DNA of 64,000 nt from a virus (taxonomy: Duplodnaviria; Caudoviricetes), in IMG/VR virus record IMGVR_UViG_3300033405_000003; one strand, written 5' to 3'. The notes beneath the pieces are model-generated. The model worked only from the letters and a program-made list of their open reading frames with translations, was not told the DNA's origin and ran no database searches. Shown in pieces: positions 63,034 through 64,000 of this stretch. The position numbers and the translations under genes were made by a program. Every line of letters starts with the position of its first letter. Position 1 is the stretch's first letter.

Positions 63034-63639
63034 TCACCCGCGGAGCGGGTCCCACGGCCGCCAGAGCCCGCCGGGCTCGGGCTTCGATCCGGAGGCGGGC
63101 GCCGAGAGGGCGAGTCTCCGCGCGTCTTGTTCTTCCTGCCAGCGCCGGCACCGCGTCTCCATGTTACCCGAGCGCTCGCACTCCTCGTGGCGGCACTGCG
63201 TCCGCCACAGGCAGTCCGCGCACCCGCCGCCCTGCTTGCGCGGGCAGTCGACCGCCCAGTGGACGACCCGGGCCGCGTCGCCGTCGACCGCGACGCTCGC
63301 GTTCTGGACGTTCGACGAGTGGTTCGCCACGATCGCGGTGATCAGCTCGCCGGGCCGGATGGCGCCGAGATCCGCGCCCTCCCAGGGGAGGTTCGGGCGG
63401 GAGGCCCCGACCCAGACGTCGACGATCTCGCACGCCGCGGGCACGCCGGACGTCTGGACCTCGAGCCGAGGCCGACGGAGGATCAGCAGCGCCTCCGACC
63501 TCATCGCGATCCTCACCATGGAGTGAAGGGGGACCGTGACCGGCCCGATCCGGAGGATGCCCATCGCGCCCGCGACGACCTCGTAGCCGATGGGCGGCAT
63601 CGGGAGCTGCGCGGCGAGATCGAGGACGACGCTACCCAC
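63034..63639 (-). CDS. beta-sandwich protein with Cys-rich tail
   Basis: RPRLEV...IVDVWVG...PGELITAIVANHS resembles the ORF at 3-131; start uncertain. Confidence 0.55.
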   Translation of the reverse strand: MGSVVLDLAAQLPMPPIGYEVVAGAMGILRIGPVTVPLHSMVRIAMRSEALLILRRPRLEVQTSGVPAACEIVDVWVGASRPNLPWEGADLGAIRPGELITAIVANHSSNVQNASVAVDGDAARVVHWAVDCPRKQGGGCADCLWRTQCRHEECERSGNMETRCRRWQEEQDARRLALSAPASGSKPEPGGLWRPWDPLRG

Positions 63640-63694
63640 GCCATGATTTTGCCCCGCGCGGGCGCCGCCATCAACGTTCACGAATCCATTCAAT

Positions 63695-63723
63695 TTGGCG
63701 CCAACGGCAGTCTGCCGTATGCT
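63695..63723 (+). promoter_or_regulatory. sigma70-like promoter with palindrome over the -35
   Basis: TTGGCG-N17-TATGCT; TTGGCGCCAA palindrome. Confidence 0.55.
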
Positions 63724-63732
63724 GCCGGAAAG

Positions 63733-63969
63733 ATGGCCACCAAGAAGAACGGCGCCCGCGCCGGGAAGAAGTCGAAACGCGGCAGCAAGTTCACGATGCT
63801 CCTGTCGCGCGACGAGCAGGCGCAGCTCCACGAGCTTGCCGCCCACAGCGGCGTGCCCGCCTCGGTCTACCTCCGCATGCTCATCCGGAACGTGCACAAG
63901 GACTCGCTCACCGAGCTTCAGGACGGGCGGGTCGCCCGCATGGACGCGAGGCGGGCGAACGGGGCGTAG
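63733..63969 (+). CDS. ribbon-helix-helix regulator
   Basis: KFTMLLS..E...L.ELAAHSGVPASVYLRMLI. Confidence 0.75.
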   Translation: MATKKNGARAGKKSKRGSKFTMLLSRDEQAQLHELAAHSGVPASVYLRMLIRNVHKDSLTELQDGRVARMDARRANGA

Positions 63970-64000
63970 ATGGCGAGCGACCGCCCCCCGAACGTCAAGC

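Noticed and set aside
5098-63969. Genome-wide TAG recoding
   Set aside because: A few TAG stops are followed by in-frame genes (5433, 16926, 48138, 63969), but others are followed by out-of-frame starts, usually with an SD (20837, 27412, 38680, 46685), so TAG works as a stop.

Overview
This is a very GC-rich (roughly 70% by eye), gene-dense segment of about 150 mostly short ORFs. Nearly all are on the + strand and many are coupled by ATGA/GTGA overlaps. I see no housekeeping operons and no recognisable terminase, portal, polymerase or integrase. The best reading is an accessory region of a large bacteriophage or phage-like element; a myxobacterial (Polyangia-like) host is an inference. Recognisable products are a DUF1906 cell-wall hydrolase, an M41-type metallopeptidase, an S53 sedolisin, a HAD 5'-nucleotidase, a DEDD exoribonuclease, a Mesh1/SpoT-like HD hydrolase, an RNA-ligase-like protein, a beta-class DNA methyltransferase, PadR and three RHH regulators, orphan DUF2442 and DUF433 antitoxin-like genes, a peptidoglycan-binding protein and a lysozyme-like protein. 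A promoter-driven non-coding unit at 42925-43446 holds an atypical tRNA(CAT) and a complete one-piece tmRNA (tag ANDNAIAPAAQAA, GGCAGTA T-loop). Reading by eye also shows several dispersed paralog families with no family name I recognise: a two-Cys ~110-aa domain (x4), a DA-IE-LP helical domain (x3), and small Arg/His-rich proteins ending H[AG]RTR (x3) plus a 39-aa protamine-like gene. Other patterns are a class of apparently leaderless genes, an in-frame 4 x 51-bp palindromic repeat, a duplicated mini-gene and a structural-type gene split by a compositionally distinct insert. All family calls come from remembered motifs, not database searches.
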